DNA of 64,000 nt, from contig JBHGAY010000020.1 in assembly GCA_041946735.1 (NCBI GenBank), positions 1-64,000 of the forward strand, in the 5' to 3' direction. Under the pieces are notes generated by a model. That model did no database searches. It was not told the DNA's origin and was given only the letters and a program-made list of their open reading frames with translations. The DNA comes from Candidatus Eiseniibacteriota bacterium (lineage in GTDB: Bacteria > Eisenbacteria > RBG-16-71-46 > CAIMUX01 > VGJL01). Of this stretch, positions 59,541 to 64,000 are shown in pieces. The translations under genes and the position numbers were made by a program. How positions within the stretch are numbered: the first letter of the stretch is position 1; the number at the start of each line of letters is the position of its first letter.

Positions 59541-61343
59541 TCACTGGAAGGCGTCCAGGTCGAGTCCGGCCGCGCGGAGTCCCGACTCCAGCAACGCGCG
59601 CACGTCGTCGCTCGTCGGCGAGGAGAGAGCCGCGAGGGCAAGGGACTCCAGGCCGGCCAGCCGCACGCTCGAGACGAGCGCGCGGACCATCGGAATCTGA
59701 TATGGAGAGACGCTCAGCTGATGGCAGCCGAGACCGAGGAGGACGAGCGCGCCGAGCGGCTGTCCCGACATCTCCCCGCAAGAGGAGACGCTGATCCCCG
59801 CCTCGCGCCCTGCCAGGATCGTCTGTCGCAGCAGGCGCAGGACCGACGGGTGGAACGGATCGTAGAGGTGCGCGATCTTTTCGTTCCCGCGGTCGACGGC
59901 CAGCGTGTACTGGATGAGATCGTTCGACCCGATCGAGAAGAAGTCCGCCTCGCGGGCGAGCAGGTCGGCGATCGCGACCGCGGCCGGGATCTCGATCATG
60001 ACTCCGAGCGGCACCGCGTCGGGAACCGACACTCCTTCCTGCCGCACCTCTCGAATGCACTCGGCCAGGTGCCGGCGCGCGGCACGCAGCTCCTCCACGC
60101 AGCTCACCATCGGCAGCATGATCCGCACGCTCCCCGCCGTCGACGCCCGCAGGATCGCGCGGAGCTGCACGCGGAAGATGTCGGGATGGGCGAGCGAGAA
60201 GCGGATCCCGCGCAAGCCGAGGAACGGGTTGTCCTCGCGCGACGTGCCGAGGTAGGAGGCGAGCTTGTCGCCCCCGAGATCCATCGTGCGGATCGTGACG
60301 CCGCGGCCGCGCATCCGCCGGACCGCCTGGCGGTAGACCCGCGTCTGCGCCTCCTCGTCGGGCAGTCGCGGCTCGCGGATGAAGAAGAACTCGGTGCGGT
60401 AGAGCCCGACGCCGTCCGCTCCCTTGTCGTGCGCCTCGCCGGCGTCCGCCGGCAGGTCGATGTTCGCGAGGATCGCCACCTCATGGCCGTCGGCCGTCGT
60501 GAGGTGGCGGCGGGGCGCGGCCGGCAGCGAGCCGGCCAGCTTCTTCCGCTCGTCCCGCCGCTTCTGGAAGCGGCGGACCTCGGCGGGCGAAGGGCGGACG
60601 ACGATCTCCCCCGTGTAACCGTCCACCAGGATCGTGTCGCCTTCCCGGACCTTCGGCGCCGTCTCGCCGAGCCCGACGACCGCCGGGATTCCGCGGCTGC
60701 GCGCCAAGATCGCCACGTGCGAGGTCGGGCCGCCATGATCGGTGACGAATCCGAGGATCCGGTCCCGATCGAGCGAGGCGGTCTCGCTGGGCGTCAGATC
60801 CGAGGCGACCAGGACGACGGGCCGGTTGGGAAGGTGCAGCGGCTCGTTGGAATCGTCGCCGAGGTGGCGGACGATCCTGCGCTTCACGTCCCGGAGATCG
60901 ACGGAGCGGCTGCGGAAGTAGTCGGTCTCCGCCTGCTCGAACTTCGTCGCGAGAGCGCGGAAGACGCGCCGCACCGCCGACTCCGCGCTCAGGCGCTCCG
61001 TCTCGATCAGCTCGGTGATCTCTCGCAGGACCACCTGGTCCTCGAGGATCATCCGGTGCGCTTCGAGGATGGGGGTGCCGGGATCCTCCGGATCGACGAT
61101 GAGACATTCCTTCAGCGCCTGGATCTCATCGCGCGCGCGGCGGACCGCGACCCGGAAGCGGCGCAGCTCGCCGCGAACTTCTCGCGCGGCGACGGTCTTC
61201 TCGACCGCCGTGCCTTCGTCGCGGCTGACGACGTGCGCGGGTCCGGCGACGAGTCCCGGGGACGCAGGCACTCCACGGGCACGAACCGTGGCTCCCGCCC
61301 CGGCTCCCGCTCCTCCTGTCTCCGCCTTGCGCGTCTCCATCAT
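59541..61343 (-). CDS. ptsI: Phosphoenolpyruvate-protein phosphotransferase (PTS enzyme I)
   Basis: [33 protein letters not shown] (phospho-His), [42 protein letters not shown]. Confidence 0.96.
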   Translation of the reverse strand: MMETRKAETGGAGAGAGATVRARGVPASPGLVAGPAHVVSRDEGTAVEKTVAAREVRGELRRFRVAVRRARDEIQALKECLIVDPEDPGTPILEAHRMILEDQVVLREITELIETERLSAESAVRRVFRALATKFEQAETDYFRSRSVDLRDVKRRIVRHLGDDSNEPLHLPNRPVVLVASDLTPSETASLDRDRILGFVTDHGGPTSHVAILARSRGIPAVVGLGETAPKVREGDTILVDGYTGEIVVRPSPAEVRRFQKRRDERKKLAGSLPAAPRRHLTTADGHEVAILANIDLPADAGEAHDKGADGVGLYRTEFFFIREPRLPDEEAQTRVYRQAVRRMRGRGVTIRTMDLGGDKLASYLGTSREDNPFLGLRGIRFSLAHPDIFRVQLRAILRASTAGSVRIMLPMVSCVEELRAARRHLAECIREVRQEGVSVPDAVPLGVMIEIPAAVAIADLLAREADFFSIGSNDLIQYTLAVDRGNEKIAHLYDPFHPSVLRLLRQTILAGREAGISVSSCGEMSGQPLGALVLLGLGCHQLSVSPYQIPMVRALVSSVRLAGLESLALAALSSPTSDDVRALLESGLRAAGLDLDAFQ

Positions 61344-61612
61344 GAGCCGTCCTCGCCGAAGCGCGAGTCGATCAGATGGACCAGCGAGTCGATCGCCCGT
61401 TCCTCGTCCGGGCCCGAGGCCCGGATCGTCAGCTCGGCGCCCGCCTCCGCCGCCAGCATCATCACTCCCATGATGCTCTTGCCGTTGACCGTCAGGTCGC
61501 CGTTGGTCACGAAGATCTCCGACTGGAACTCGGCCGCCTTCTTGACGAAGAGCGCGGCGGGACGCGCGTGAATCCCCGGATGGTTTCGGACGATGACCGT
61601 TTTCTCCACCAA
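61340..61612 (-). CDS. ptsH: Phosphocarrier protein HPr
   Basis: [12 protein letters not shown] (His15), [14 protein letters not shown] (Ser46), GPDE; TTG/GTG start at 61612/61609. Confidence 0.95.
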   Translation of the reverse strand: MVEKTVIVRNHPGIHARPAALFVKKAAEFQSEIFVTNGDLTVNGKSIMGVMMLAAEAGAELTIRASGPDEERAIDSLVHLIDSRFGEDGS

Positions 61613-61629
61613 CGGATCCTTCCCCGGAT

Positions 61630-62475
61630 CTACCGGCTGATCCCGCCCGGCAGATGGAGCAGATGGAACGAAGCCAGAAGCCACCCGAGCAGGCCGAGCA
61701 GCAGCGCGGCGATCGGAAGCCCCCACGTTCCCAGTCCCCTCCGCCGGAATCGCGATCCGAGAGCCAGCACGAGAACGACCCAGGCGATCCCCGCGATCGC
61801 TCTCCCCCAGGAGGATTTCGGCGAGTCGATCCAGATCGCGGCTCCCGCAACCCCTCCAAGCATCCCGAGGGAGAGAGCGAACAGCCGTGCCAAGCGGGGC
61901 GGCCATCGCAGCAGCCCTTCCTGCGAGAGGTCGGCGAGGATGCTCGCGCTCCCCCGCCTTCCCGCCTGAAGGCTCCGCCATCGGAGGTACAGCTCGGGCG
62001 CATTGTACACCAGCAGCAGCGTCGCCGCCGCGATCGCCCCGGCCCATCGAGCGGCCGGCACGGCGGAGGACGGATCGGGCGAGAGCAGCGCGAGCGCGGC
62101 GACGAGCGCGAGGAGGACCGACGCCGGACGCAGCAGTCCCCAGACGAGACGGTCGCCGATCGCGCCGAGCGTGGAGAGGAGCGTCCCGCGCCGCGGAGCG
62201 AGCGCCGGTGCGCCTTCCTCCGCGATCCAGCCGAGCGCGTATCCGGCGAGCGAGGGGTTCGCCTGGAACGGTTCGGTCTCCGGTGGAACCTCGAGAGGCT
62301 CGAGAGCCCAGTTGCGCCCGGCACGCTGCAGTCCGCGAGGATTGAAGGAAGCCTCGAGCAGAAGGGTCCGAACGAGTAGCGCGAAACTCGACGCCGGTCC
62401 CCCCGGCCTCTTGCTGGGCGAGGGACCGGGCTGCGATGGCGTCGATCCGCCCGGCGGACGGACTCCGGCGCTCAT
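61630..62475 (-). CDS. PTS mannose/fructose/sorbose family IID component (divergent)
   Basis: [41 protein letters not shown] overlaps the IIC stop. Confidence 0.75.
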   Translation of the reverse strand: MSAGVRPPGGSTPSQPGPSPSKRPGGPASSFALLVRTLLLEASFNPRGLQRAGRNWALEPLEVPPETEPFQANPSLAGYALGWIAEEGAPALAPRRGTLLSTLGAIGDRLVWGLLRPASVLLALVAALALLSPDPSSAVPAARWAGAIAAATLLLVYNAPELYLRWRSLQAGRRGSASILADLSQEGLLRWPPRLARLFALSLGMLGGVAGAAIWIDSPKSSWGRAIAGIAWVVLVLALGSRFRRRGLGTWGLPIAALLLGLLGWLLASFHLLHLPGGISR

Positions 62476-63167
62476 CGTAGGATCCCGTCGAGGAGGATCC
62501 GACCGGTGGCGCCGATCGCAAGGCCGGCTCCGAGCCAGAGGTAGGAGCCTCGGCCGGCCAGCTCCGTCCGCACCCGAGGAAGGAGGGACGCGACGGCGAG
62601 TGTGCTCGCGGCCGCGAGGAGCGACCAGACAAGCCAGGGATGCGTCGCCGCGGGCCAGGGAACGGCGCGCCGGAGGATCCAGCCGAGGGCGAGAGCCAAG
62701 GTGGCCCCCGCGACCCCCCGCGTGAAGGCGCCCGCCACGCCTCCCGCGATCGCGCCGCCCCAGCCGCCCCCGGCGCGCAGCGCCCGCTCCTCGCGCCGGC
62801 CGTTCGCCTCGCGCAGCTGCGCCTCCCAGGCAACGCCGAGCGCGCCGACGGCGAGTCCGGCGACGAGCGCGACGGTCCAGCCGAGGTCGCCGGGAAGGAG
62901 CGACGCGACGATCACCGCGGCGACCGCGGCCGTCCCGGTGTCGGGGAGTAGCGCGCCGCCGACCGGAAGGGGAGCCGGCCACACGAGCTGGAGCCAGATG
63001 CCAGCGAGCGCGCCGCGCAACGGATCGCCGAGCAACAGCCCGGCGACCGACGCCGCGACGAGCGGCTGGTGCAGCTGGCGCGCGCCGAGCGCGCGCTGAT
63101 CGGCGGAGCAGAGCCCGCCCCAGAGGATGGCGAGGACGAGGCCGAATGCTCCGGGAGCGTGCATCAT
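62472..63167 (-). CDS. PTS mannose/fructose/sorbose family IIC component (divergent)
   Basis: LHQPLVAASVAGLLLGD...GIWLQLVW...PVGGALLPD. Confidence 0.78.
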   Translation of the reverse strand: MMHAPGAFGLVLAILWGGLCSADQRALGARQLHQPLVAASVAGLLLGDPLRGALAGIWLQLVWPAPLPVGGALLPDTGTAAVAAVIVASLLPGDLGWTVALVAGLAVGALGVAWEAQLREANGRREERALRAGGGWGGAIAGGVAGAFTRGVAGATLALALGWILRRAVPWPAATHPWLVWSLLAAASTLAVASLLPRVRTELAGRGSYLWLGAGLAIGATGRILLDGILR

Positions 63168-64000
63168 GGCGTCGCGGGAGGGATGGAGAGGCTCTCGGCG
63201 GCCTCGCCGTCGGCCTCGGACGCCTCGGATGCGTCGGACGCCTCGACACTCGTCTCAGTGCCCGCCTCGACATCCATCTCGACCGGTTGCAGCGCTGCGT
63301 CCCCGTGGCGGAACGCGACCTCGATCCGGCCGCGCCATAGGGCGCCCGGCTCGAGGTCCAGCGTCCAGTAGGGCAGCGCGACCGTCCCCTGATAGTTGCG
63401 CTCGATCCCCCCTTCGCTGAGCGAGACCGTCTCGATCGCCGAGCGGACCCATCCTTCGCAGCCGGGGGCGTCGAGATCGATCCGCACCCGCTCCCACGCA
63501 TCGACGAAGGAGAGCCGCTTCGTCCCCGGGTGCGATCCAGCCCCCGCGATTGCCGGATCGACGGGCGGCACGCCGTCGGCGAGGACGTAGCGGTCCGGCG
63601 CGCGCGCGGCGAGGAGATTCCAGACCGTCTCGCTGCCGAAGACGAAGCGCAGTCGCTGCGAGGCGGAGGAGCGGATCTCGTAGCGGACCTCGAAGCGATC
63701 CTCTCCGCCGCGGAGTCGCACCTCCTTCTGCAGATCGATGCGACAGGAAGGGTCCTCGTCGAGCAACGCGACGCGCCTCAACCGCACGGACGCGACTCCG
63801 TCCTCCACCGCGCACGCCTCGACCCGGTAGGCAACCCCGGCGAGGTCTCCCCAGCCGACCGCTTCACCGGCGAGAAGACCGCTCGCGTCCGGCGCGGCGG
63901 CGAAGAGGCGATCGCCGATCCCGACGCGCTCCCGCCGGTCGTAGATGAGCAGCTGGTCGAGATCCTTCTCCTTCGCCGTGATCCGCTCGTGGATCGTCCG
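63164..64000 (-). CDS. C-terminal part of a GH57 4-alpha-glucanotransferase/alpha-amylase (DUF1926-like); 5' end lies outside the window
   Basis: The frame stays open to the right edge: TIHERITAKEKDLDQLLIYDRRER...NLLAARAPDRY...IETVSLSEGGIERNYQG. Confidence 0.8.
   Translation of the reverse strand, partial: RTIHERITAKEKDLDQLLIYDRRERVGIGDRLFAAAPDASGLLAGEAVGWGDLAGVAYRVEACAVEDGVASVRLRRVALLDEDPSCRIDLQKEVRLRGGEDRFEVRYEIRSSASQRLRFVFGSETVWNLLAARAPDRYVLADGVPPVDPAIAGAGSHPGTKRLSFVDAWERVRIDLDAPGCEGWVRSAIETVSLSEGGIERNYQGTVALPYWTLDLEPGALWRGRIEVAFRHGDAALQPVEMDVEAGTETSVEASDASEASEADGEAAESLSIPPATP

Noticed and set aside
57509..59641. Apparent long fusions in the ORF track (710-aa nucleotidyltransferase here; also 968-aa CoaE, 927-aa EI, 892-aa SdhA, 645-aa AroA, 497-aa HPr)
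   Set aside because: The N-terminal extensions are stop-free read-through of neighbouring genes in other frames; the true starts sit at ATGA/GTGA overlaps or after SD motifs.

Overview
A 64-kb, very GC-rich bacterial chromosomal segment, mostly housekeeping genes. Almost everything is on the minus strand and many genes are joined by ATGA/GTGA overlaps. Order from left to right: mutS (runs off the left edge), a TPR-SPOR gene, lapB/lapA-like genes, rpsA, a cmk-plsC fusion, aroA, a degenerate pheA, rluB, scpB, scpA, and a PrcB-type lipoprotein. Next is an acuC/HDAC - histidine kinase - sigma54 response regulator - secreted coiled-coil - beta-barrel operon, transcribed divergently from a Bacillus-type sdhCAB. 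Then come an EamA transporter, a hypothetical gene, a CheY-like receiver, tRNA-Leu(GAG), secG, tpiA and pgk. A ~10.7-kb envelope cluster follows (GWxTD-like protein, PorV/PorQ-family barrel, large secreted protein with a T9SS-like C-terminal domain, TonB-dependent receptor, FadL/PorV-like barrel, and an EB_dh/DOMON-like heme lipoprotein with CxxxCH). The right part holds pmm/pgm, prfB with a programmed +1 frameshift, coaE, polA, nadD, bamD, a hypothetical gene, rimO, lolA, ftsK, ahcY, metK, a sugar nucleotidyltransferase, PGI/PMI, PTS EI, HPr, mannose-family IID/IIC, and a GH57 C-terminus running off the right edge. Gene content suggests an FCB-group candidate lineage such as Eisenbacteria/Latescibacterota; this is inference only. 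No CRISPR array, transposase, integrase or prophage was seen. The best candidates for undescribed biology are the TBDR-CTD cargo-PorV module with its adjacent heme-lipoprotein/barrel pair, the apparently catalytically dead PDT/ACT part of PheA, the deacetylase-coupled sigma54 two-component module with a candidate target promoter, and a highly structured ~320-nt intergenic RNA. All calls come from motif recognition by eye; no database searches were run.
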